From: Candidatus Latescibacterota bacterium
Lineage (GTDB): Bacteria > Latescibacterota > UBA2968 > GCA-2709665
DNA: 64,000 bases
Direction of reading: 5' to 3'
Assembly: GCA_965219995.1 (NCBI GenBank)
Contig: CBDCOX010000002.1
Location: 2,848,001 to 2,912,000, forward strand
Positions within the stretch are counted from its first letter, which is position 1, and every line of letters begins with the position of its first letter. The notes below the pieces were generated by a model. The model searched no databases. It was not told the origin of the DNA and was given only the letters and a program-made list of their open reading frames with translations. The translations under genes were made by a program, and so were the position numbers. Positions 19,120 through 30,233 of the stretch are shown here, one piece after another.

Positions 19120-21234
19120 TTACCACATCACACGGAATGTCGTCGCACTGCTCGCCTCCTGACGGCTGTTCAGGTCCAGCACGTTCACGCGGAACTCCCT
19201 GGGCCCGGGAAACATTTCCAGGTTCAACACCTGGTAAATCGGCTCCCACGCCTGCGAACCCTTGTGGGTATAGGAAACCGCCGTCGTCCATTCCGGCTCC
19301 GCGGCCGCTGCGTCTTCCTTTACGGTTCGGATCTGATAGGTCACCTGATAGTTGGTGGCGCCGAAACGGTCTTTCTGCAAGTTGTAAATCTCATAATAGA
19401 AATACGCCTGTGCGCCCTGTTGGTACTGTTTGAGCGGATTGGGCAGAATGAGGTACCGCTCGCGACCGTAAGGCGCCTGTTCCCGCTCGACGATCCGGCG
19501 CGCAAGCAGCATATCGCTCACGCTCAGCGAATCGTACCCGAATGTATCAACGCGCAGTACGCTCCTGAACGTACCAATCGATTTCGTCTTCCGGTCCTCT
19601 GCCTCCGCCGCGATGAAATATTTCCCCGGCGCCAGCATCAGCTTCTCGCTGGCGAACAGATATCCGTCCCGGTTGGCTCCATATTGTACCCAGGGCATCA
19701 TCTCCACCCTTCCGACGTCCTTCCGCAACGTATCCCAATTCGCGTCGAACAGAAACAGCCCCTGGCGCATTGCTACGGATTGCGCCCCGGTTTGCGCCTT
19801 CTTGCGCTGCACTTCCTCTCCGGGCAACGCGTAATAGACCTCCACCCTGGCCGTGTCGCCGTCGCCTCGAAACCGGGCCATCTGGTACGGCGCATCGTAC
19901 CGCTCCCATTTGTACGGATCCTTATAGTACTCCGGAACTTTCGTCGTGAGCGCGTCGAAATCCACCGGCTGCCTTCCGACCCATCCCACCCGGTAACGCC
20001 AGGTATCCCTGGTATCCGTATTGGCGAACACCAGCCGGATCCCGCCATAGTCCCACATTTCCAGACGGGGACGGTGCTTGTACGGCACCGATCCCTGCTG
20101 ATTCAACCAGTACAGGTGATCCTGGTACCACACCGGCTCATCCAGACCGGTATCGACCTCGGGCGGCCGGACGCTTCTCGCTTCGGGCCGTCCGTATCGG
20201 ATATAAGCCTGCCCCTTGTCCGTCGACCATCCCCCAATGCCCCGTTCCGGATCTCCGAAGCGCAGGTTCGCATAGGCCACGCGTCCACAGTGTTCCATCA
20301 GGCGTTCGTTTACCGGTGTCAGAAACAGCGGATCCCGGCCGGTCCAGAATGCACGCAGCGCCTCCTCATCCGGCAGATCCCGGCCTGCCTCCATACTGTC
20401 TTTGCCGACCAGCATGAAGACAGACATCATGAACTGCTGCTTATGGAACGACATCCGCTGCAGTCCGTTCACATAGGCCGGATACGCGCGCTTGAGTTCG
20501 TCCTGCGCCTGGAGTGCCAGCCCCAGAAAGAAATAGGCGTCCGGGTCATCCGGGTGGCGAACCAGGTATTCCTGAAAAAGCGCCGCCATTCTTGCCGACA
20601 TTTGCGCTTCGTAATACACCAGGCCCAGCAGAAGCAGCGAAGGCCTGTGGTCCGGATCGACCGTCAGCGCCCTGGTCAGATATCCGATCGCCTGATCCCG
20701 GTCTTCCTCGCCGAATCTCTCCAGGCTGAACGAGCGCACCCGCTGATAACCCCGGTCGTCGTACTGATAGTCGATCCGTTCGCCCTCGAGGTACCGCGAC
20801 ATCTGCCAGGCCGCGTACCGGCCGGCCAGGTAAAGCGCGCCGACGTGGTTCGGGTCCAGGTCTATGGCCTGCTTTGCATTCTTGTAGGCGTGACCCCGCC
20901 GGCCGAGCGCCCAGAGGACTTTTGCATACGCAATGCGAAAGTCCATGTTTTTCCTGTCTTTCCGCATCGCCCGCTGCAGCCACGTGGATGCCTGACGACG
21001 CGAACCCGGCGTTCTCTCATCGCTATACAGTTCCGCCAGGTCGTGCATCGCCCAGCCGGAATCGTCATCCCGAATTGCCTTCTTGATCAACCGCACCCGT
21101 TTCTCGTATTCCATTGTCGTGTCGGACGCGGCCGAAAGGAGCGAATCCACCCGCGCGGAAACCGCTCTCGCGGCGTCGGCGGGCGCCGCGCAGGCCAGAA
21201 CGGCCCCCACAATCATGTAAGCCAATGACCGCAT
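19120..21234 (-). CDS. Secreted TPR + GWxTD domain protein
   Basis: Signal peptide, TPR-like helices, FW..RDP...TPVNE...EH and GWSTDKGQAYIRYGRP motif; AGGAGGA RBS. Confidence 0.88.
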   Translation of the reverse strand: MRSLAYMIVGAVLACAAPADAARAVSARVDSLLSAASDTTMEYEKRVRLIKKAIRDDDSGWAMHDLAELYSDERTPGSRRQASTWLQRAMRKDRKNMDFRIAYAKVLWALGRRGHAYKNAKQAIDLDPNHVGALYLAGRYAAWQMSRYLEGERIDYQYDDRGYQRVRSFSLERFGEEDRDQAIGYLTRALTVDPDHRPSLLLLGLVYYEAQMSARMAALFQEYLVRHPDDPDAYFFLGLALQAQDELKRAYPAYVNGLQRMSFHKQQFMMSVFMLVGKDSMEAGRDLPDEEALRAFWTGRDPLFLTPVNERLMEHCGRVAYANLRFGDPERGIGGWSTDKGQAYIRYGRPEARSVRPPEVDTGLDEPVWYQDHLYWLNQQGSVPYKHRPRLEMWDYGGIRLVFANTDTRDTWRYRVGWVGRQPVDFDALTTKVPEYYKDPYKWERYDAPYQMARFRGDGDTARVEVYYALPGEEVQRKKAQTGAQSVAMRQGLFLFDANWDTLRKDVGRVEMMPWVQYGANRDGYLFASEKLMLAPGKYFIAAEAEDRKTKSIGTFRSVLRVDTFGYDSLSVSDMLLARRIVEREQAPYGRERYLILPNPLKQYQQGAQAYFYYEIYNLQKDRFGATNYQVTYQIRTVKEDAAAAEPEWTTAVSYTHKGSQAWEPIYQVLNLEMFPGPREFRVNVLDLNSRQEASSATTFRVMW

Positions 21235-21298
21235 TGTTCCTCCTGTTGCACGTGGTTTCCGATGTCGGGAAACTATTGAAAACGTAATAAATGGCAGT

Positions 21299-21327
21299 TT
21301 GACAATGAAATGAATCCCCGCTATCAT
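21299..21327 (+). promoter_or_regulatory. Sigma70-type promoter for the 21.5-31.2 kb gene run
   Basis: TTGACA-N17-TATCAT in an AT-rich intergenic region. Confidence 0.65.
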
Positions 21328-21495
21328 GTATACGAACCATCCGTTGAAAAGTTCTATGCCAATGCCCCCGGATCAGCGCATAAATCCGGAAGTGTGCGAC
21401 GTTTTGGCGTCCAGTCCGCGGGAACCCGCAATCGCGGGCGATGACACGGGCCGGCCTTCGCGTATCAATACAGAGTGTACTTCCCGGAGACAGCC

Positions 21496-22572
21496 ATGTC
21501 CAACCCCTACCGCCAGCCTCCTGAGGTCGTCAATCGCTGGATCAACGACCGCCAGCGGTTGCTTCGAAACGAATCCGAAGAATACCTTCGCAACGAAGTC
21601 CTGAACTACGGCCCGCGGCAGGCGGCGTACTGGAATCGGGACTACACTTCGGTCGAAGCCTTTAAAGCCTCCGTTGAAGCCAACCGCCGCTGCTGGCAGG
21701 AGACGATCGGCATCTTCGAGGACGACGGCACCCCCCTCGAACCGGTACTGGATCCGTGGTACGAAGACGACAGGTTCACGGCCTGGTGGCTGACCATCGG
21801 GCTGTCGGGCAACCTCAGGGGCCGCGGAATACTCGCCATTCCCAGGGGAAGGAACAGTCCCGCCCCACTCGTTGTCGCCCAGCACGGCATCGGATCGTCA
21901 CCGGAGAAGGTTTTCGGACTGGGGGACCCGGACGACACGTACAAGTCCTACGGGCGACGCCTGGCCGAAGAGGGATTTGCCGTCATCGCCCCCATGAATA
22001 TCTCGGGCGGCGCGCCTCGAGCCCGGCAGGAACGCCTCTGCAAGCTCCTTGGCAAGACCCTCTGGGGCCTCGAAATCCTCCGTACCCGGCGCCTTCTGGA
22101 CTATCTGGAAACCCGTCCCGAAATCGACGTCGAACGCACGGCCATGTATGGGATCAGCCTTGGCGGCGCCTACACCATGTTCACAACGCCGGTCGAACCC
22201 CGCATCAGGGCGGCCGTGGTATGCGCCTGGTTCAACCACAGGCGCAACAAGATGGCGGTGGACGACCCCCGGTACAGCTGTTTTCTATCCGTCAACGAAG
22301 AGCACGTATGGATTCCAGGCTGGCTGAGCGCGTTTACCGACAGCGACCTGGTTTCGCTCATCTGTCCCCGTCCGTTGCTGGTGGAACAGGGCAAGGCCGA
22401 CGGCATCGCCTGGTGGCCGATGATGCTCGAAGAGTATCACCTGGCCTGCGAACACTACGCCAGACTCGGTTTATCGGACAATATTGAAATTGATCTTCAC
22501 GAAGGCGGGCATGAGATTCGGCTCAGTAAGAGCCTTCAATTCCTGAGGAAATGGTTGAAGCCTCAGCAGTAG
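21496..22572 (+). CDS. Alpha/beta hydrolase (dienelactone hydrolase/esterase-like)
   Basis: QHG oxyanion motif, GISLGG nucleophile elbow, C-terminal GGHE. Confidence 0.82.
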   Translation: MSNPYRQPPEVVNRWINDRQRLLRNESEEYLRNEVLNYGPRQAAYWNRDYTSVEAFKASVEANRRCWQETIGIFEDDGTPLEPVLDPWYEDDRFTAWWLTIGLSGNLRGRGILAIPRGRNSPAPLVVAQHGIGSSPEKVFGLGDPDDTYKSYGRRLAEEGFAVIAPMNISGGAPRARQERLCKLLGKTLWGLEILRTRRLLDYLETRPEIDVERTAMYGISLGGAYTMFTTPVEPRIRAAVVCAWFNHRRNKMAVDDPRYSCFLSVNEEHVWIPGWLSAFTDSDLVSLICPRPLLVEQGKADGIAWWPMMLEEYHLACEHYARLGLSDNIEIDLHEGGHEIRLSKSLQFLRKWLKPQQ

Positions 22573-22658
22573 CCGTTCCCAATCGGGTTGCCGGATCTTG
22601 AACCAATCCCGTGGGTTTTACCGGACATTCCATAATACGAAACACAAAGGAAAAAACC

Positions 22659-23657
22659 ATGGTTAAACTCGGTGTCTTCGGCTGCGCGGGCATTGCGACC
22701 CATCAACTGAATTCCGTCTGGGAAGACAATCGCTTCGAATTGGTCGCCGGGGCGGACGTCCGGCCGGCGCAGCTCGATGTATTCAGGAAGAAATTCGGCA
22801 TGCGGCACGGGTACGCCGACTACCGGGTTCTGCTTGCCGAGGCCGATATCGAAGCCGTCATGATTTGTACACCCACCTTCCTCCACCCGGAAATGGCAGT
22901 CGCGGCCGCGGAAGCCGGGAAACAGATCTTCTGCCAGAAACCCATGGCGATGAGTTCGTACGACTGTTATCGCATGATTCAGGCCTGCCGGAGACACGAG
23001 GTTGGCCTCCAGATCGGTTTCGTCCGGCGCTTCGACAACGATTGGGGCACGGTCAAACGGATCGTTGAATCCGGCCGGCTCGGAAGCCCGCTTCTCTGGC
23101 GCCAGACCTCTGGCGGTTCACCGCCGGGCAGCCCGTTTTTCATGGACCGCTTTCAGGGCGGAGGGCCCATGATCGACGGCATGGTCCACAACTACGACTT
23201 CGCGGTGCATTGCTTCGGCAAACCCGTGGAAGTCAAGTCGATGCCCATGAAAATCCATCACACCTCGACCGCCCTGGACACGGGTACCGTCCTCGTCCGC
23301 TTCGAACGGGGCGACGCCATCATGGTTTCCTGGACGTGGGGACTGCCTGCCGGCGTTCGCGCCGGAGGCGGTACGGACATCATCGGGCCCAATGGTGTGC
23401 TGCGGTTTCCCGGCAACTGCGACCCGGAGAAAGTCGAAGGCAAATTCAACGCCGACACGCAGGGCGCCTACCTCCTGACTCTTGCCGGCGGCGAAGAGGA
23501 AGTCATCACCTTCGAAAAGAAGAACATGTTTCGGGATGAGATGCTGCATTTCGCCGATTGGGTTCAAAATGGCGGCGCGCCGCTCGTAACGGGCGAAGAC
23601 GGCCTGCGCGCCACCAGAATCGCGGAACTTGCCCTCAACGGGGGCGGGTTGTGTTAA
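22659..23657 (+). CDS. Gfo/Idh/MocA family oxidoreductase
   Basis: GVFGCAGIA, CQKPMA, DGMVH. Confidence 0.88.
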   Translation: MVKLGVFGCAGIATHQLNSVWEDNRFELVAGADVRPAQLDVFRKKFGMRHGYADYRVLLAEADIEAVMICTPTFLHPEMAVAAAEAGKQIFCQKPMAMSSYDCYRMIQACRRHEVGLQIGFVRRFDNDWGTVKRIVESGRLGSPLLWRQTSGGSPPGSPFFMDRFQGGGPMIDGMVHNYDFAVHCFGKPVEVKSMPMKIHHTSTALDTGTVLVRFERGDAIMVSWTWGLPAGVRAGGGTDIIGPNGVLRFPGNCDPEKVEGKFNADTQGAYLLTLAGGEEEVITFEKKNMFRDEMLHFADWVQNGGAPLVTGEDGLRATRIAELALNGGGLC

Positions 23658-23713
23658 CGCTGGGGAAAACCATCGAAAAGCTTTAACGAATGTACCGGCA
23701 TTAGGAAGTCAAC

Positions 23714-24574
23714 ATGGACCTGTTACGTATCGCCCTGGCGCAGACCCGACAGACCGCGGATCGCGAGGACAACCGCCGCGCCGTTCTCGACGCGATCGAT
23801 CATGCGGCCTCACGCGGCGCGCAGATCCTGTGTTTTCCCGAGACACAGACGATCGGCTATCGGGTCGATATTGCTTCGGCCGACGCACCCGTGCCTGTCG
23901 ATTGGCTCAATGAGGTCCACGCCGAGGTTTCGGCGCGTTGTGCGAAGCACGGAATGGCCTGCATCCTGGGTACGGAGACGCCGTCGGACACCGGAAAACC
24001 GTACAACTCCGCCCTTGTGATCGACAGGGACGGGGACGTTCTGGGCAGGCACCACAAGACCATGCTCACGCCGCTGGACGCCATGGCCTACGAGCGGGGA
24101 GACGCACAGCACACGTTCGATCTTGCAGGCGTGCGCATCGGCGTGGTCATCTGCTTCGAGGCATTGCGCTTCGCGGAAACGACGGCCGAATGCGTTCGGC
24201 GCGGCGCGCAGGTCGTCTTCCATCCACAGAACAACACGACCCGCCCCAACGACTGGAAGATCCCAATCCACCACGCCATGATTGTCACTCGCGCCGCCGA
24301 AAACACCGTCTGGTTCGCCTCCTGCAACGCCTGCCTGCCGCACCAGAACAGCCGCAGCCTGATCGTCGCCCCCGACGGACGAATACACGGGCAGGCGGCG
24401 CTGGGACATGAGGAACTGCTGGTCCGTGACATCGACGTCAGGAAGGCAACGCGAGCCATGTTCCGCCTGGGAGAAGACGGCCCGGCCACGGGGGCGCTGG
24501 AACAAAGCGCAAGCCTGCTGTTCGCGGACACGGTGAAGGCGAAAGAGTATTCCGCCTCGCTAAAGCTGGAGTAG
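23714..24574 (+). CDS. Carbon-nitrogen hydrolase (nitrilase superfamily)
   Basis: E-K-C triad contexts FPE, HHK, ICFE. Confidence 0.9.
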   Translation: MDLLRIALAQTRQTADREDNRRAVLDAIDHAASRGAQILCFPETQTIGYRVDIASADAPVPVDWLNEVHAEVSARCAKHGMACILGTETPSDTGKPYNSALVIDRDGDVLGRHHKTMLTPLDAMAYERGDAQHTFDLAGVRIGVVICFEALRFAETTAECVRRGAQVVFHPQNNTTRPNDWKIPIHHAMIVTRAAENTVWFASCNACLPHQNSRSLIVAPDGRIHGQAALGHEELLVRDIDVRKATRAMFRLGEDGPATGALEQSASLLFADTVKAKEYSASLKLE

Positions 24575-24594
24575 CCCCGATCCGGGGCATCGCA

Positions 24595-26640
24595 ATGACC
24601 GCTCGATCCCATCTGATTCTGGCCGCACTTCTGTGCGCGGCGTCAACCCTGCAAGCGCAGGGCAGTGAGACGCCGCCCGAAGCCGACTTCAACGCCGACG
24701 GCAACGTCGATTTCCAGGACTTCATCCTGCTCGCACAGGCCTTCGGCACCGGACAGGTCCTTTTCGACCTGGACCGGGACGGCACGGTTGGCTTCGGTGA
24801 CTTCCTGCTGTTCGCCCGGTCATTCGGCCGGACCGGCGAGCCGACTCTTCGTGTCCGGGATATCGGGATCCCGGTACGTTCCGTAAACTGGGTCCGCCTT
24901 CATCCGGGCACGGACAGTGAAAACCGTCCGCGCGTGTACGTCACCATGGGGCAGCAGGCCGACAACCTGTTCGTCCTGCAGGTCGACCCGGAAACCGGGG
25001 TGTTCAAACAGTTTGTCTCCGAGGTACCGCGATCCAACTACCCGACCGCCACCCTGATGAGTCGTTCCGGCCGGCTCTACATCGGATCCGCGTACGCCGG
25101 CCACCTCCTCTGCTTCGATCCCCGTCTGAACGCCCTTCTGGACCTCGGCGCCATCAATCCGGGCGCCGCAACGTTCCCGTGCCGAATGGACGAAGACGTG
25201 AACGGACGCATCTGGATCGGCAGCTACCCGGGGGCCGACCTGACGGTCTACGACCCCAAAACCGGCGAGTTCACGCGCTACGGCCGCATGTCAAACGTGG
25301 ACAAGTACAACTATCCCCTGGTCGCTCCTGACGGAAAGATCGCATGCCTCATCAGACAGACGCGGCCTCACGTCGTCGTCTTCGATCCCGCCACAAGGGG
25401 AAGCTTTCTCGCCGGTCCGATTACGTTCAAAGGACAGGGCACGCTGAATCTGGAGAGAAGGCGGGACGGCAACCTCTACGTCATCACGTCGGACTACGGC
25501 AATTTCCTGATCTCCGGGAACGAGGGAATCGCCGTTGCGACGCTGCCGGGCCGCGCGCCGCGGCCGACGCTTCCCGACGGCAGTACGTTCGTTTTTTCGG
25601 ACGCCACGGAACAGATCTATCGTACCCTCAGCATCCGCCGCTCCTTCGGCAGCGTCCGCACTTTCGAACTCGATTACGAGGCCAGCGGCACTGACATTTT
25701 CTACATTCACACGGGCCCGGACGGCCTGATCTACGGCTCCAGCATCCTGCCGTTGCACCTCTTCAGATTCAACCCGGCCTCCAGTGAACTGGTCGACCTG
25801 GGCAAGTGCTCTCGTTCCGCCGGGGAAGCCTACTCCATGGCGAATCTGGACGGCCGGCTTTATATCTCGTCCTATCCCGCCGCCCGCATTTCTGTCTACG
25901 ACCCTTCACTTCCGTATCACTACGGCACGGGCCCGGACGACAACCCCCGCGACCTGGGCCGGCTGGACGATATCTCCTACCGGCCCCGATCCACGCTCGC
26001 CGGTCCGATGGGCAGGGTCTGGCTCGCGTCCGTACCGGACTACGGCCGGTGGGGTGGCCCCCTCGCTTACTACGATCCCGGAACGGGTGAAAGGAAGTCC
26101 TATAAACGCATCGTGGGAGATGCGAGTTGTTATACACTTGCCCACCTCAAATCGCAGAAGCTCATTGCCGTGGGCACGACGATCCGCGGCGGCAGCGGGA
26201 CGGATCCCAAAGTCAGCGTAGCCACCCTCTTTCTCTGGGACTACCATGCCGAAAAAAAGGCCTGGGAGGGGACGATCCAGCGTCCCGACGCGCCCGCATC
26301 GGTCTTCAATGCGCTGCTCACGGGGCCCGACGGCCTGCTTTATGGGACGGTTCGTGGCCGCGGTCTCGAAGAGCTCTTTGTGTTCGATCCCGACACCCGC
26401 ACTTTTACCCACCGGCTTCCACTGCCCGCAGGCCGCCCCCTTGACCTCGGCCTGCAAAACGGTCCGGACGGCAAGATATACGGCTTCACCACGGCTCTGA
26501 TTTACAGTCTGGACCCCGCCACCCGCCAGGTCGAGGAGGTCCTCAGGGTGGATGACGGAATCCGGATCGCCGGTCCGATTCTGGACAAAGAGATTTATTT
26601 CGGCACCGGCGCCGTCCTTCGTTCGGCGACCATTTTCTGA
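24595..26640 (+). CDS. Secreted beta-propeller protein with N-terminal dockerin/EF-hand-like duplicate
   Basis: Signal peptide, DFNADGNVDFQDF...DLDRDGTVGFGDF, repeated GPDGLIYG/YDP blades. Confidence 0.75.
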   Translation: MTARSHLILAALLCAASTLQAQGSETPPEADFNADGNVDFQDFILLAQAFGTGQVLFDLDRDGTVGFGDFLLFARSFGRTGEPTLRVRDIGIPVRSVNWVRLHPGTDSENRPRVYVTMGQQADNLFVLQVDPETGVFKQFVSEVPRSNYPTATLMSRSGRLYIGSAYAGHLLCFDPRLNALLDLGAINPGAATFPCRMDEDVNGRIWIGSYPGADLTVYDPKTGEFTRYGRMSNVDKYNYPLVAPDGKIACLIRQTRPHVVVFDPATRGSFLAGPITFKGQGTLNLERRRDGNLYVITSDYGNFLISGNEGIAVATLPGRAPRPTLPDGSTFVFSDATEQIYRTLSIRRSFGSVRTFELDYEASGTDIFYIHTGPDGLIYGSSILPLHLFRFNPASSELVDLGKCSRSAGEAYSMANLDGRLYISSYPAARISVYDPSLPYHYGTGPDDNPRDLGRLDDISYRPRSTLAGPMGRVWLASVPDYGRWGGPLAYYDPGTGERKSYKRIVGDASCYTLAHLKSQKLIAVGTTIRGGSGTDPKVSVATLFLWDYHAEKKAWEGTIQRPDAPASVFNALLTGPDGLLYGTVRGRGLEELFVFDPDTRTFTHRLPLPAGRPLDLGLQNGPDGKIYGFTTALIYSLDPATRQVEEVLRVDDGIRIAGPILDKEIYFGTGAVLRSATIF

Positions 26641-26665
26641 TCCGCGGCCAGGGAGAGCACACCGA

Positions 26666-27733
26666 ATGGCGAGTACAGACGCAAACAGCAGGCTCCGCAT
26701 CGCCTTCATCGGCGCAGGAGGCATCGCGGGCACCCACATGCGCTGTTTCAAGGAGATGAACGACGTCGAAATGGTCGCCATGGCGGACATCTCGGAGGCG
26801 GCGCTCGAAACCCGTTCCGAGGAATACGACATTGCGAATTGCTTTTCGGACTACGAGACGATGCTGGGCAGCGTCAGGCCCGATGCCGTCAGCGTCTGCA
26901 CGCCGAACGGTCTCCACGCGCCCGCCGCTATTGCCGCGCTTTCCGCGGGCGCCCACGTCATTGTCGAAAAACCCCTGGCCATGAACGCCCGCGAAGGGCA
27001 AGCCATGCTCGACGCGGCGAGAGAGCACGGCCGCAAGCTCGTCATCGGCTTCCAGCAGCGCTTCGACCCGAGAACCCAATTCATCAGGAAGGCCGTCGAC
27101 AGCGGCCGGTTGGGGAGGATCCTGTTCGCCCGTCTACAGGCCCTGCGCAGGCGCGGCATTCCCAACTGGGGGGTTTTCGGCCGGAAAGAGCTCCAGGGAG
27201 GCGGCCCGCTCGTGGACATCGGCGTACACGTGCTGGAAGCCGTCCACTACCTTATGGGCTCACCCAAACCCGTCGCGGCCGGTGGAAACGTCTTTACGTA
27301 CCTGGGCGACAGAAAATCGGAAGCGGCCTGCAGGTGGCAGGACTGGGACTATGAGAACCACACCGTTGAAGATCTTGCGGTGGGCCAGATCCGTTTTGAA
27401 GACGGCGCCGTCATTCACATCGAGTCCAGTTTTGCCGCCCACGTCCCGTCCGACGTATGGAATTTTCAGCTCATGGGCGAAAAAGGCGGCGCCACCTGGG
27501 ACCCTCTCTCGATCGCACGGGATGACAACGGATACATGGTCAATACCGAACCCGGTTGGCTGCCCGAATCCGGTTTCGGATCCGCTTTCGGGGCGAAATT
27601 GCGCAATTTCGTCGACCACGTCCTCTACGACAGACCCACGCTGGCGCCGGCCGAGCATGGGCTGATGGTGCAGAAGATGATGGATGCGATTTACCTGTCC
27701 GCTGAAGAAGGGCGGGAAGTGGAAATCGAGTAA
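26666..27733 (+). CDS. Gfo/Idh/MocA family oxidoreductase
   Basis: IGAGGIA, EKPLA, GGGPLVDIGVH. Confidence 0.9.
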   Translation: MASTDANSRLRIAFIGAGGIAGTHMRCFKEMNDVEMVAMADISEAALETRSEEYDIANCFSDYETMLGSVRPDAVSVCTPNGLHAPAAIAALSAGAHVIVEKPLAMNAREGQAMLDAAREHGRKLVIGFQQRFDPRTQFIRKAVDSGRLGRILFARLQALRRRGIPNWGVFGRKELQGGGPLVDIGVHVLEAVHYLMGSPKPVAAGGNVFTYLGDRKSEAACRWQDWDYENHTVEDLAVGQIRFEDGAVIHIESSFAAHVPSDVWNFQLMGEKGGATWDPLSIARDDNGYMVNTEPGWLPESGFGSAFGAKLRNFVDHVLYDRPTLAPAEHGLMVQKMMDAIYLSAEEGREVEIE

Positions 27734-27766
27734 ATACCAGTTTTTCCTGTCTCCCCGGGACACGGC

Positions 27767-29170
27767 ATGAATGAATCGATCGATACCGAAGCCCTCATTG
27801 CCGAATCGCGCCACCTGTGGCAGAACTATTTTCAAGGTGAGCGACCGGAAAAACAGCCAACCGCGATTACCCGCGGCGACGGCCTCTATATTTACGATGA
27901 CGAAGGGAACGAATACCTGGACACTTTCGCCTCGCTGCTCACGACCCTGTGCGGACACGGCCGTTTGGAAGTCGTCGACGCGGTCAGGAAGCAGATGGAG
28001 AAACTGGCCTATTTTCCCGGCGGCCAGGACGTCCTGATCGAACCTGCCGTCAGACTGGCTGCGAAGCTTGCCGAAATCGCACCGGGGCGGCTCTCGGTCT
28101 CATTCCTTGTCAACGACGGCTCGGAAGCCAACGAGGCGGCCATCAAACTGGCGCGCAGCTATCACTGGGCCAAAGGCGAGAAGAACCGCTACAAAGTCAT
28201 CTTTCGAAGGGGCTCATATCACGGCGCCACGCTGGGCGCGCTCTCCGCGACCGGCCTTGCAGGCACTCGTGAGCCCTATGAACCCCTGCTTCCGGGCTTC
28301 ACCCATGCCATGCCGGCGAACTGCTATCGCTGTGAACTCGGCCTGGATCCCGACACGTGCGCGCTGGCCTGCCTGAAGAATCTCGAATCGATTCTGGAAT
28401 GGGAGGGCGCCCGATCGGTCGCCGCCGTCATCATGGACCCCATCCCCGGCTCCAATACCGGCTTTCCCCTGCCCCCCGACGGGTATCTGCAGGGGGTGCG
28501 CGAACTCTGCGACAGGCATGGCGTGCTGCTCATCTTCGACGAAATCCAGACCGGCTTCGGCCGCACCGGAAAGATGTTCGCATGTGAAAACTGGGACGTT
28601 ACCCCTGATATCTTAACCGTCGCCAAGGGTTTCTCAGGGGGTTATCTGCCCATCGGCGCCGCGGTCGCGACCGAAGAGATCGCTGAAACCATTCAACAGG
28701 CCGGGACGGGATTCCGCCACATCCACACCTTTTCCGGCCATGCGGCCGCCTGCGCCGCCGCAGTCGCCCATATCGAAATCATCCAGAATGAAAACCTTGT
28801 GGCGCGCGCCGCCGACCTGGGTGTTTATCTTCAGGAAAAACTGAACGAGCTCTACCGGTATCCCGTGGTGGGAAACGTACGCGGCCTCGGCACGCTCTGG
28901 GCCGTCGAACTCGTGGGCAACCGCGAATCACGAGAGGCCCTGAATCCTTCAGGCCAGGCCGGAAGCTTTATCGCCGATTTCTGCCGGAAGGCCGGCATGA
29001 TCCTGCGCAACAACGGAGACATCCTCGTCCTGGCTCCCGCTCTCGTGATGACCGTCGAACAGGCAGACCGGATGCTCAACCTGCTGCACGACGCCATCGA
29101 TTCGGCGATGAACCATTGCGAACCGGAGAACGACGTTTATCAGTGGACCCGGGAAACGTCCGCGAACTAG
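27767..29170 (+). CDS. Class III (omega-amine) aminotransferase
   Basis: GSEANE, SYHGAT, FDEIQTGFGRTG, AKG, HTFSGH. Confidence 0.92.
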   Translation: MNESIDTEALIAESRHLWQNYFQGERPEKQPTAITRGDGLYIYDDEGNEYLDTFASLLTTLCGHGRLEVVDAVRKQMEKLAYFPGGQDVLIEPAVRLAAKLAEIAPGRLSVSFLVNDGSEANEAAIKLARSYHWAKGEKNRYKVIFRRGSYHGATLGALSATGLAGTREPYEPLLPGFTHAMPANCYRCELGLDPDTCALACLKNLESILEWEGARSVAAVIMDPIPGSNTGFPLPPDGYLQGVRELCDRHGVLLIFDEIQTGFGRTGKMFACENWDVTPDILTVAKGFSGGYLPIGAAVATEEIAETIQQAGTGFRHIHTFSGHAAACAAAVAHIEIIQNENLVARAADLGVYLQEKLNELYRYPVVGNVRGLGTLWAVELVGNRESREALNPSGQAGSFIADFCRKAGMILRNNGDILVLAPALVMTVEQADRMLNLLHDAIDSAMNHCEPENDVYQWTRETSAN

Positions 29171-29234
29171 GTCCGGACCGCAGCCGGACGCCAGGTGACG
29201 CCGTCTCCCGCTTCTTTACCTGTGAGAAAATCCA

Positions 29235-30233
29235 ATGATGCCCGAAAAAGAAATGTGCCTCGACATGCTCCGGCGGATGTACCGCATCCGCTCTTTCGAA
29301 GCGCAGGTAAGGGACCACTACGACTACACCAGCTACCTTCGCGACAATCCCGAAGGCGAGGGGGTCATCTCCGGCGCGGCCCACCTGGCCATCGGCCAGG
29401 AAGCCGCCGAAGTCGGCGTCTGCGCCGCTCTCGAGCCGGATGACTTCGTGGCCAGCACGCACCGGGGTCACGGCCATGCCATCGCGAAAGGGGCCGACCT
29501 CAAGCCGATGATGGCGGAGTTGATGGGTCGGAAACACGGGTACAGCGGCGGATGCGGCGGCTCGATGCACATCTTCAGTTCCGAACTCGGACTGATTGGA
29601 GGCAACGGAATCGTGGGCGCTCAGATTCCCATTGCCACCGGCGCCGCTTTCTCCGCGAAGTACCGGGGCACGCGGCAGGTGGCCGTCGCATTTTTCAGCG
29701 AAGGGGCCGCGAACCAGGGCGCCTTTCACGAAGCCCTGAACATGGCCGCGCTCTGGGACCTCCCCGCCATCTACGTCTGCGAAAACAACCTCTACGCCGC
29801 CACGACGCCCGCTTCCATCACGCTTTCGCCGCCGGACGTCGCCGTCAAGGCCGCCGCGTATGACATGCCCGGTATCATCGTCGACGGTCAGAACGTCCTC
29901 GAAGTGCACCAGGTCGCTTCCGAGGCTGTCGCCAGAGCGCGCGGGGGAAACGGACCCACGCTCGTCGAATGCAAGACGTATCGCTTCGTCAGCCACGCGG
30001 GCGGCGGCAAAGGCGACCACAACAATCCCGAGGAGCTCGAGACCTGGAAACGCAAGGACCCGATCCGCATCTTCGAACGCTCGCTCTTCGAGGCCGGATT
30101 CCTGACCGACGAAGAAAGACAATCCATCGTCACCGAAGCCGCTACCGAAGCCGAAGACGCAGTCGCCTACGGCAAGCAATCGCCATATCCCGTTCCGGGA
30201 GATTTGCCTTTTGCCCCGGGAGTTGCCCTGTAA
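29235..30233 (+). CDS. TPP-dependent dehydrogenase E1 alpha subunit (acetoin/pyruvate-like)
   Basis: GQEA, STHRGHGH, GGSMH, ENNLYA; TPP motif variant SEGAANQG. Confidence 0.9.
   Translation: MMPEKEMCLDMLRRMYRIRSFEAQVRDHYDYTSYLRDNPEGEGVISGAAHLAIGQEAAEVGVCAALEPDDFVASTHRGHGHAIAKGADLKPMMAELMGRKHGYSGGCGGSMHIFSSELGLIGGNGIVGAQIPIATGAAFSAKYRGTRQVAVAFFSEGAANQGAFHEALNMAALWDLPAIYVCENNLYAATTPASITLSPPDVAVKAAAYDMPGIIVDGQNVLEVHQVASEAVARARGGNGPTLVECKTYRFVSHAGGGKGDHNNPEELETWKRKDPIRIFERSLFEAGFLTDEERQSIVTEAATEAEDAVAYGKQSPYPVPGDLPFAPGVAL

Noticed and set aside
19264-21228. 654-aa plus-strand ORF and similar long antisense ORFs (8594-10420, 9864-11438, 5442-7013, 47873-49354)
   Set aside because: Shadows of well-supported genes in GC-rich DNA, with no recognisable motifs.
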